Assembly: GCA_963514005.1 (NCBI GenBank)
Contig: OY740818.1
Coordinates: forward strand, 15,996,001 to 16,060,000
Reading direction: 5' to 3'
Source: Raja brachyura
Taxonomy: Eukaryota
DNA length: 64,000 bases
Made by a program: the position numbers and the translations under genes. Below, one piece after another: positions 26,201 to 38,200 of the stretch (the first letter of the stretch is position 1; every line of letters begins with the position of its first letter). Under the pieces are notes generated by a model. It had not been told where the DNA came from and ran no database searches. It saw nothing but the letters and a program-made list of their open reading frames with translations.

Positions 26201-29200
26201 CAGCTTCGGTCTCTGCACTAGTATCTTTGCTCCGCTACGGGATCTTTGGTGCGGAGACGGAGGCCGGTTACGGAAATGGGGCCTAAAATTACCCATGAAT
26301 CTGCCCATGATCGTACTACGTCTTTTTTGTCGAGTGATCTATCTTGCCTGCTATAGGATCTTTGACGAATAGTGCACAAACGGTCTCCAAAGTGGTTAGT
26401 TGTTGCTGAACAGTGGCTGTACATTATTATTCCTCAGAATTATTTTTACATATCCATAATTGATTACATTTTTATTTTGTTTTTGAAGTACATACATGCC
26501 AATGATCTGTGAAGACTTCTAATAATCTGTGAATTACAGGGGCTTCACCAGGAAGTCTGAAAGCTTCTAGATATGAGCGCAGTGCTTCATCAATTCTCAA
26601 TCCTTGGAATGTAAATGTCCTAATTGTAAAATAAGAGCACAAATTATCAACATAGCCTCTTTACAACTTGAAAAAGAGTTTCACTGACTGTTAATTTCAC
26701 TACAATGGTCAACATAATCCCAACGTTAGTAATTTTAAACCACTTATAAAACCCAGATTTTTCTCATATAAACAAAATGAGAATAACTGAAATCTACTGA
26801 TAAACTAAACAAAACATCTAAAAGGGCAGAAAAGTTGTACCTTCCTCATTTAATTATTGATGCAGATACTGGAGAAAGATCAGCCAAATATTACATGCAA
26901 AACAGAGAATTGGCTGTGTGGTGGGCTTACTTCAATGGAAATGCAAAAAAAGTAACGATGATAAAGGAAACAGGCCATTGTTAGGATGGGGCTACCTGAA
27001 GTGAGAGAAATCAATATTCATTCCACTGGTTTCTCTCACTTCAAGGAGCCTCGGCATTCCGTCACTTTCTATCCCTCCCCCACCCAATTCGCACTAGCTT
27101 CTCATTTTCACCCAACAAACAGTTTATAATGGCCAGTTTCCTTTATCATTGTTACTTTTTTTGCGTATCTTTAATTCATTGTCCTTTTTCTCTCCACTTC
27201 ACCGTCTATATCTCTCGGTTCCCTTATCTCTAACCAGTCTGAAGAAGGGTCTTGACCCGAAACGTCACCATTCCTTCTCTCCAGAGATGCTGCCCGTCCC
27301 CCTGCGTTACTCCAGCTTTTTATGTCTATCTTCGTTTTAAACCAGCATCTGCAGTTCCTACTTAAACTAAAGGCCAAAGGAGAATCTTTTTCTAATCACA
27401 TATAAATTAGTTCTCAGTCTTTAACAAACATTGATGTGGAATTATGATATATATTGTGTAATTTTGGAATAAATTTGAAGCGATTACATTTAATGTCAAC
27501 GGATTAGAAAGAGCAGTTCAGCTGTGCACAAAAATTTCAAAGACAATTTCTCCAAACGCCTTAACTCTTGGATCAGATTGTTAAATAAACACCAAAGGAA
27601 AACATATGTTTCTGGGAAAAGATGAACACAATTATTACTGGGAAGCCAGCTAAATCATTTGACCCAAATAAGTGCAAAATATATATTTATCATTGAAATT
27701 GGAGAAATGGATTCCATCCGGGTTATGACATTAACAACAATTGTATACCATGCACTGAAAAATTCAAAACTGGTTTTGTCAAACAGTAATTAATTATGTT
27801 TGTAAGGAAATAAGTATTTGATACAATTAATAGTTATCCCCTCCCTTAAAACCTCAGCTTTGGTGGATCAAGCTAGCAGATCACTGTACTAATCATTGCA
27901 CTCATAATGCTAAATAACAGTCAATAAATAACTATTTTTACTGTTGACCCTTTCCCCAGGGATATCCAATTAATATTTTTCGTATTATATTGAACTCATT
28001 GTACTGAAATTATTTTTCTAAAGATGTTTTGAAAATGCATTTCAATACCCAACAAAACTGTCCAGAAGTTCAATACTTTTCCGATCACTGATAAACTCGC
28101 CAATCATTTTCTTGTCCAGGCGTGGATTTTCCCGCAGCCACTGAGCTACCTCGCGATTATCCATGGGAGATGCAAGCAAGCCCTTTTCCTGAAGAAACTG
28201 AATGCCTTTCTTTGGTTTCTGGTTAAATTGTTCCGTTCCAGTGATAAGAAGCTTGTGAAGAGAAAAGATACAAAAACATGATACTTTTTTTTTGGAAGTG
28301 CTTAGAGGTACTTATATCTTCCAAAATTAACTGTTTAGGATTATATTTATACAAGTTTAAACCAAACATCTGCGATGATTTTGGCCATGCTAACAAAGCT
28401 GCCAAGATGAACTTTCTATTGAGGCATCTCTTTAGAAAACAGAAATTGAAAGTAACCACAAGCTTTGCAATAAAGAGCCCACATTTTATTAACATTAAAT
28501 ATTTAAGACAATTGATAGCAATCTCATTAACAGAGTGGTCTCACACCTGTTCTTTCAGATTAAGGAAGAGCAGAAATGGGGGTGAACAGGAGAGAGAGGG
28601 AGAGAATGTGTAGTGGGGTCGCCATGTAGTTGTGGGTAGTCGAGGTAGTTGTAGGTAACTTTAGTTAATTGCCTTTGCTGACCGGGCATTTTCAATGGCT
28701 CATTGGGGAAAAAAAAACGTAAGCACGAGTTTTCAGAACCGCCAAACTTCACAGCTGTGTATCTCTGGCTTATTAAAAGTTGTCTGGCTTCTTAAAAGTG
28801 TCTCCACTCCTTCTCCCTCCTCTTTTAAAGGACTTACCGTACACTGTGCTAGCCGTCTTAACGTTCCTGTTCATTGTGGTGTGTGTCTGTATCACCTTGG
28901 CTTTGGACCGTGTGAATTTCAGACCGCGCTCCCCCTAGCCCGCCTTTGCAGGTGGGTGCGGGTGTGCGTGTGTGTGCGTTCCACTGTGACAGTCTCCATT
29001 CCAGTTCCCGGTTTTTCAGGCGAGTGCCGCAAACCTGACAGTTGCCGGCAGTCTGCTGAAAAATCGCCTAAGTGGGACAGGCCCTTCAGGTTCATTTGAG
29101 AGAAGCAAATGTAAAGGACAACTGAATGCTTTGGCCCAGTTACATAACTTACTTATGATACTGTGAAAAAAGTATGAAATAAGTCAAATAATGGAGCAGA

Positions 29201-32200
29201 AAGTAAAATCTCTCCAAGTAGTAGACATATTTGGAAGAAAGTTTGAAGTTGTAGGACAAAGACCAAGACAACGATTGGCACAATTCATCTGCACCACACA
29301 AATTTATCCAAATGAATACAAGAATTACAAAGTCTAATTAACTATTAATCCGATGTCAGTACTAATCCTGCGTTAACATGACAAATCTTTTAAGCAGAGC
29401 GGTTGTCTACGAAGAGAAGCAATTTCATAAGCTTATATGTACATTGTAATAGGATATGCATATTATTCTGACCCAATATATGAAATGTATACTCTCAAGT
29501 TAATAATAAATGCTCTCCATTACCTTCTTCTTGCCTTTTATCTTCAACAATTCTTGAGCAGTTGGTAGGAAAGAAGAGAATCGAGGTGGCTTCTTAGGCG
29601 TCTTCTTCTCTACTATAATTAAGCACCAAAATGCATTAACATTGAAAGCTTGTCTATATGCACAGTAAAGAATACATTTTAACATCTGACTTTCTAGCTC
29701 TTTTCAAGCCATACAATAATAAAACAATCTGCAGAAAGGCTTTCAGCTTAATGCCTGAATTCTAATCTTAAAAATCATTTCTTTCTAATAAAGAAAGCAT
29801 TGACAATTAAAAATACACACAGAATGTAAATGATTCAAGATGGCGGTTCGCCAGCTATTCAAGGGGAATTTTAGATTGCTGATAAATGCCAGCAATATTG
29901 ACATCTAGAAAAATGAAAAATAATTAATTACATGCGAAAAATTCAAAGTTGAATTTTTTCCATGTCATAGGAGCAGAATTAGGCTATTCGGCCCATCGAT
30001 CCGCCATTCAATCATGCTGATCTATCCTTCCCTCTTAACCCGATTCTCCTGTCGTCTTCCCATAACCTTTGATACCCTTACTAATCAAGTGCCTGGCAAG
30101 CTACCATTGTTGCTCCACTGTCATTCCCGCCAGATTGCATTTCCATTCAATTTTCACCAGCTCCTCCTGGTGTCTGTCCTCTGTCGTTAACTTCTCCCTC
30201 TCAAAGTGCAGCTTCAATTTTATCATATTATGGACACTACTTCCTTGGGGGTTCTTTTACCATAAACAAATCCAGTTCATGGCACAACACCAAATTCTGA
30301 ATTGTATTTTCCCCCCCGAGTAGGCTCAACGACAAGCTGCTCCAAGAAGCCACTGTACAAATTCCTTGTCTTCAGATCCAGTACCAACCTGATTTTCCCC
30401 AATCTACCTACACATTGAAATCCCGCATGACCACGATAACATTGCCTTTCTTACATGCCGATTGCATATCCTGGTGTGATTTGTACTCAACATCCTAGCC
30501 ACTGTTCGGAGGCCGGTATATAACTTCCATCTACCCACAAGGATTCTACATCTACTGATCCTACATCATCCTTGCTGAGGATTGAATTTCATTCCTTATC
30601 AGCAGTCACCGCACCCATCTGAATGTCTTTTTTTACAATAAGACATGTATCCTTGGATGTTCAGTTCTCAGTTCTGATCCTCATTTAGCCACATCTTAGT
30701 GAGCCCACAATATTGTACCTGCCAATTTCTAACTGTGCGATAGGCTTCTCCACTTTGTTCCGCATACTACGTGTAATCAAATATAACACCTGTAGTTCTG
30801 TATTCACCACCTCTCTTCTCAAATTGCTCCCCATTTTGACTGAGCTTAGACTCTTATCGCTTCTTAAACTTTCTGTCTTATTACTTCTTCTGGAGACTTT
30901 AGTAACCTCTCCTGTGCTCCCTTCAACATCATCCATACCTTTCCAATTTGCTGAACCCAAATTATTCTTTCAATTTATTTAATTTCTGGAAACAGATTAC
31001 TGTTTACACAAAGTTTTACGACTATGGGAAGAAGATACCATGCATCCAGTTTATAAACTCATATTTTCATGTTTTGGAATAAAAGACACATTTTTTTTTC
31101 ATTCCTCTAAATTGTGGAATTTCAATTAAATGTAGCAGTTTCATTACATCCTTATCAAAGACACTGATAAATTCAGCAAGGACTACAAATTAACCTCAGA
31201 GCCTACCATATCCACAGCTCAACAGGATTATTTAGAATGTGCCATTTTTTTATTTTACTCCAAGAGATTATGGAAATACAAGAGTCATCTAATCCTTAAA
31301 CTATTCAATTATTTTTCCATAAGGATCACACTAAGATTAAATTAAGATCTAACCTCTCATTTATTTCAGCTAAATTATAATTGCTTCACAAAGAAACTTC
31401 TCTTTGTTACTTCATATACTAAAAAGAACTATACTACTGCCAGAAATGATAGAAAACTGATGAATTGTAATCACAATGAATGGCGGTGCTGGCAAAAAGG
31501 GCCGAATGGCCTCCTCCTGCACCTATTTTCTATGTTTCTATGCAATACATTTTTGCATGGGCTTCAAAAGACAGTTTCAATGGGACCACGTTCTTTCGTA
31601 GAATATGACTTTTTTTGTTGCAAGATGAACCAGACAAGCGAAGAGTATCTCAGGTTTCCCACCTGCAGGTTTATTGGCACATTGGAGTTCTCAAGATGAA
31701 AATTACATTTATCTGTATCATAGAAGAACTTTTATACAACCAAGGAAGGTTTCCACCTATTGCACCTTTACCTGTTTCATTTTCCTCAAGTTGCCGACCT
31801 AGTTTCATTTTCTGAGCCATAAGGTGACCACTGGTAGGAGGATGAGGTAGTGATGGTTCCACGTCTGAAGGAGCTGATGCAGCATTAACCCCTGCCCTTT
31901 CATTGCCTGCAGAGACAGCAAACTTCAATGACATTTTACTCACAACCACAGTCTTCAAAAAAGAGTTTCACACCCAAATACATATGGACGATTTTCACTG
32001 TGACGCTACATCTAAAATTTATTCTGTAATAAATGGGCAGTGTAAGATCCCGCAAAGACTGATGTGATAACTGGAGTCAAAAACTGCAGATGCTGGCAGT
32101 CTGAAACAAAAGCAGAAAATGGTAGAAGCTCTTAGCAGGCCAAACACCATTGTGAGAAAAGAACCTGAATCAATGTTTCATGTCAGGCACAGGTTTCATG

Positions 32201-35200
32201 TCAGCAGAATTAGATAGCTGAGAAAACAAGAAATTTTAATTTGCAGAGAGGGATGTTACAGATGGTGCACATCCAAAGTACATCCATTACATTTAAAAAC
32301 AGCAATTAAAAACAGAAGAGGGGGAGAAAAAAAACCAAAACAATCTCCAGCCACTTCAAGAGGGAGAACAATTGGTGGTTGCCCAAAATTGCCAAATGCC
32401 AAGGGTGTAACATGCTGAGATGAAAGATGAGGTGCTCTTCTGGAAGCTTCTACTGAGTACACCGGTGGACTTGACTTAGTTGACAAAAGTAGAGAGATTG
32501 TGGTGGGAGTGGGATTGCAAAATAAAGTGTCAGGTGACTGGAAATTCAGGGTTGCCCTGTGAAGATGAACGATATATATTGAACGATAAACCACTGAACC
32601 TGGAGGCATATGGGTGGAAGTTGAGGGCAAGGAAGAACCTATCCTAATTCTGCTGGGAAGAGAGAGGGGGATACCTCCTCCCTCGCATCCATCCAGGCAC
32701 CCCAAGCAATCCTTCCAGATGAGACAGAGGTTCACATGCACCTCCTGTAATCTCACCTCCATATGTTCCTCATGTGGCCTCCTTTACATTGGTGAGGGAG
32801 AGGGTGGACCAGGCGACTGCTTACTGAATAGCCCACTATTTTAACTCCTCTTCCCATTCCCGTGCTGACCTTTCTGTCCTGGGCCTCCTCCATTGCCAGA
32901 GTGAAGCAACACAGAAACTGAAGGGACAGCCCCATGTATTCCATTGGGTAGCTTACAACGTAATGGCATAAACACTGAATTATTTAATTTTAGGTAACTA
33001 GCAAACCCCACCCCCTCCACCCTTTTATCCCCTCTCTCCCTTCCTGGACTCGCGGCCATTTCTCCTCTCCCCTACACTCCAACCTCTGGCTTCACAATTT
33101 GCAACTCTTCTATCCATTCCTCGCACCTTTTGCCTTTTCATCTCTGGCTCTTGGTCCAACCATCTGCCTCGCAAAACCCTCTCTCACCTGTATGCACCTA
33201 CATTGGCTTGCAAAAGTATTCATACCCCTTGAGGTTTTCCACATTTTGTCACGTTACAACCAAACGTAAATGTATTTTATTGGGATTGTATGTGATAGAG
33301 CAACACAAAGTGGCGCATAATTGTGAAGTGGAAGGAAAATGATACATGGTTTTCACATTTTATTACAAATAAAAAACTGAAAAGTGTGGCGTGCAAACAA
33401 TTCAGCCCCCTTTACTCAGATACCCCTAAATAAAATCCAGTGCAACCAATTGCCTTCAGAAGTCACCTAATTAGTAAATAGAGTCCACTTGTGTGTAATC
33501 TAATCTCAGTATAAATACAGCTGTTCTGTGAAGGCCTCAGAGGTTTGTTAGAGAACATTAGTGAACAAACAGCATCATGAAGCCCAAGGAACACACCAGA
33601 CAGGTCAGGGATAAAGTTGTGGAGAAGTTTAAAGCAGGGTTAGGTTATAAAAAAAATCCCAAGCTTTGAACATCTCACGGAGCACTGTTCAATCCATCAT
33701 CCGAAAATAGAAAGAGTATGGCACAACTGCAAACCTACCAAGACATGGCCGTCCACCTAAACTGACAGGCCGTGCAAGGAGAGCATTGATCAGAGAAGCA
33801 GCCAAGAGGCCCATGGTAACTCTGGAGTAGCTGCAGAGATCCACAGCTCTGGTGGGAGAATCTGTCTACAGGACAACTATTAGTCGTGCACTCCACAAAT
33901 CGGGCCTTTATGGAAGAGTGGCAAGAAGAAAGCCATTGTTGAAACAAAGCCATAAGAAGTCCCGTTTGCAGTTTGCCACAAGCTATTTGGGGGACACAGC
34001 AAACATGTGGAGGAAGGTGCTCTGGTTTGATGAGACCAAAATTGAAGTTTTTGGCCTAAATGCAAAACGCTATGTGTGGCGGAAAACTAACACTGCACAT
34101 CACCCTGAACACACCATCCCCACTGAGAAACATGGTGGTGGCAGCATCATGCTGTGGGGATGCTTTTCTTCAGAAGGGACAGGGAAGCTGGTCAGAGTTG
34201 ATGGGAAGATGGATGGAGCCAAATACAGGGCAATCTTGGAAGAAAACCTGTTAGAGTCTGCAAAAGACGAGACTGGGATGGAGGTTCACTTTCCAGTAGG
34301 ACAACGACCCTAAACATACAGCCAGAATTACAATGGAATGGTTTAGATCAAAGCATATTCATGTGTTAGAATGGCCCAGTCAAAGTCCAGACCTAAATCC
34401 AATTAAGAATCTCTGGCAAGGCTTGAAAACTGCTGTTCACAGACGCTCTCCATCCAATCTGACTGAGCTTGAGCTATTTTGCAAAGAAGAATGAGCAAAA
34501 ATTTCAGTCTCTAGATGTGCAAAGCTGGTGGAGACATACCCCAAAAGACTTGCAGCTGTAATTGCAGCGAAAGGTGGTTCTCCACAGTATTGACTCAGGG
34601 GGGGTGAATACTTTTGCACGCCACAGTTTTCAGTTTTTTATTTGTAATAACATTTGGAAACCATGTATCATTTCCCTTCCACTTCACAATTACGTACCAC
34701 TTTGTGTTGATCTATTACATAAAATCCCAATAAAATACATTTTCGTTTGTGGTTGTAACGTGACAAAATGTGGAAAAGTTCAAGGGGTATGAATAATTTT
34801 GCAAGCCACTTTATAACTTGCCAGGCTTTATCCTGCCCCCCCCCCCCCCCCATCGTAATCAGTCTGAAAAAAGGTCCTTACCCAAAACATCACCTATTCA
34901 CGTTCTCCAGAGATACTGCCTGACCTGCTGTTACTCCAGCACTTAATATCTTTTTTGTAAATTAACGCCCGCAGTTCCTTGTTAGCACATTAAATTACTG
35001 CACTTTGTCTTCTGTATGCACATTCCTTCAGAACTCAATCTTGAATTTAAAATGTCATTACTTCTCTCCACAGGTTTAACTTTGTTTTGTTTTTTCCTTC
35101 AATTTTTACCTGCTAATACAATAGTTGTTACAACAGCTTCAGTCCACACCAAATAACAGATATTTCTCTGTCCTCTCCACTGCTCTTAGTTTACCACCTC

Positions 35201-38200
35201 CTTTGGAAGGACACCATTCTTTTAGTACATTGGATTGTCAGTCTAAATCCTGTGTTCAGATCTCTGGAGTACAACCAAATCATTAAACATCTAACTCAAG
35301 GGTATGGGTGCTTTCTTACAGCAACAAAGAACAAAGCATCTAAAAATTTCACAGAAACCACATGATGCGAAATCAATTATTTCCATCAGCTGCGTAGAAA
35401 ATATATCTTTGTTTTCAATTAATTGGGCCGGTTTTCACTGAGATGCACTGTTTTCACTCACTGCTGTACTGCATTGATATGCATTGTCAGTTCCACAAAG
35501 GAAAACTCATTTGACTGAGAAGAGTCTTGAGCCGAGTGGAAAGACATTGGGAGAATCTCATGTGATCACATCGCAACATATGGGCTGGGCCAGATACGAC
35601 CCACCTGTGGATATCACCTGAATAATTGCAAATCCAAATACTTGAAACCACATAATACCTCAAACTGGTTACATCTCCACCTACACAAATGTGCTCGCTC
35701 TTACAGGTGAGAGATTTTACATTGTTTTCAGAAATATTGTTAAATTGATCCAACAAGTTGGAAGATGTGAGAGCAGATCTCCAGCGAGCTGCCACTGTAC
35801 CAGGGTAACGTAACCGTAAATCGCAGCCTAGCAATCACCAACAGAGCTCGGCCAGCAAAGTTACAGCTCGATGGTTCTTTATTATCATGTGTCCCGAGGT
35901 ATAGTGAAATGTTTTGTTTTTTGCATACAGATCAGTAAGATTATTGCCATGCATAAGTACAGCCCCAATTAAGTGTAGAAAGCCGAGAAACAGTCCACCG
36001 AGTCCATATGCGAGAGTCGCCAGGTTTTGGCACCATTTCAAAGTCCCAGCTGCAGCTTGCCATAAAGGCCTTTTGCAGCTGTTGACATGAAACAAATCGT
36101 CGCACAAATCGTTCAAATCAAGTTTTGAAACTATGGCACATAATGAAATTATAACCTCACCTCAAGTGGGAATTTTTCTGGATGAAATGTCTACTAAATA
36201 AACTTCCTTCAGAATCAATAAATTGTCAAAAGCTGCAACTGTTCAGCATCATTAACTATTTTAAATGTTGCGAATTTATAGTTATTTGTCACGCATCTTC
36301 ATTGATCATCAAACATTCAAATCCTCAAAATGTAACCTGTTAATTTTTGTACCAACCAAACTGATTCAGCTGTAGTTTGTTTCCAGCAAAGGACAGAAAG
36401 ATGCATTTCAAAGCCATGCATTTATTTACGGCAAATATTATTGTTCAGCAATTGCATTATTATTTACTTAAAGGCTTGCCCTGAAATCCTTAAACACATA
36501 ACTTGATGGCTTGCAGGTGTTCACTAACACATTGGCATTTACCACCAATAAAAATTCCAAAGGCTATCTTAAGAACACTACTTCAACTGTCCAAGGTACA
36601 AAATAATAGATAATGCTAAGAGCTTACAAAAATACAACAGTAAATTAAGTAGAGTAATAGGTGATCTTCCTAACTAGTGCATGAAAAGACAATAAAAACC
36701 TTTCAAAGAATTGCAATATTATTTAGATTGCACATGTTACTTATTGTATCTGACCAAATGTTGTGGCTTTTTTACCTCACTTTCAAGCAGGGCCGGCCTT
36801 AAGCCGATTGGACCAATTGCTCCCAATTGGGCCCCACGCTAATTTTCTGTATTTCATACAGAAATACGAATTCGCGTCATTAAATACAGATTTATTTATT
36901 TTTTAAACATTCGCATTGTTAAATATGGATTTTTTTTTTTAAATCGAACATGGATAAAAACCGCTGCACCGGCCATCAGACAAAAACGATTTGTCAACAC
37001 TTGTTAACACCCAGTAGTTAACACGTAGTTATATAATGCGTCATCAATGCATCAATCCATATTCCTCAGTAAATGTAATTGTATTTTGACCAAGTCTTAA
37101 TGACGCCGCGTTCCTTTGAATAAAATTCACGGGACTCCATGAGTATTATTAATTAATAAGTATTATTAATACTTGGTCAAAACACAGTTACATTTACTGA
37201 GGAATGTAGATCGATGTATTGATGCCACATTGAGAATTTCTTAAAACTCACAGTCATGATTGAGAGCTCCGGACCGTGAGCACGGGCGTCGTCTTGGTAT
37301 GCAGGTAAAGTCATTCACCTACCGACCCACGTTCTATCTCTGTCTTTCGCTCCCGCCCACCCTCCCTCCCATGCTCTCTCTCCCCCCCGCTCCCCATCTC
37401 GTCTCTCTCTCTCACCCCGTCGCCTCAGCATTCCCGGAATCATTTGACGTTTTGCGGTGACAGCTGCATCTGCGGTTCATAGAAACATAGAAAATAGGTG
37501 CAGGAGGAGGCCATTCGGCCCTTCAAGCCAGCACCGCCATTCATTGTGATCATGGCTGATCGTCCCCTATCAATAACCCGTGCCTGCCTTCTCCCCATAT
37601 CCCTCGACTAGCCCCTAGAGCTCTATCTAACTCGCTCTTAAATCCATCCAGTGATTTGGCCTGTGGCAGGGAATTCCATAAATTCACAACTCTCTGGGTG
37701 AAAAAGTTTTTTCTCACCTCAGTCTTAAATGACCTCTCCTTTATCCTAAGACTGTGGCCCCTGGTTCTGAGGCTCCGCTGCCTGCTATCCATCACCCGCT
37801 GACCCACTCCTCTCTATGATCTTTGCTCTTGAGCTGGTACCCTCAATGTTCAGATGGAGAGCACTGCCAGAGGTGAGTGGGCCGGCAGAAGGCGCTGAGG
37901 TCCCGGCGGCTGCTCGTAACCACGCGAGCTGCTTCCCTCCCCGGCCACAATGAGGCGGCTCCAGGTCCGGAGCGCTGCGGCAGCGGTGAGTGAGTGGGCT
38001 ACTGGCATGATCCCCGACCCCCTCCTTCGCAATGCTCCTGCCCTCCCCGCAACTTTACCCCTGGCCAGACTCCCCACATTCTGCAAAAGGAACTGTCCCC
38101 CCCAATTGGTTCTTTGAACTAGTATTGTCATTCAATAAGGTCACAACTGATTCAACTTGTCCCGGTGTGCTCCCGTTATTCCTGCCATCACCCTCCAACC

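Noticed and set aside
29836-29846. YY1-like motif CAAGATGGCGG
   Set aside because: Isolated match next to what looks like a decayed SINE tail; no promoter context
1241-34313. RT, GIY-YIG and transposase ORFs as a novel retron, defence or CRISPR-like system
   Set aside because: The context is vertebrate introns. These are scattered, degenerate CR1, Rex, Penelope and Tc1 fragments, and there is no repeat-spacer array in the window.
37260-38080. CpG-rich stretch as an internal promoter or CpG island
   Set aside because: Lies wholly inside the TSD-bounded hAT element, so it is TE-derived
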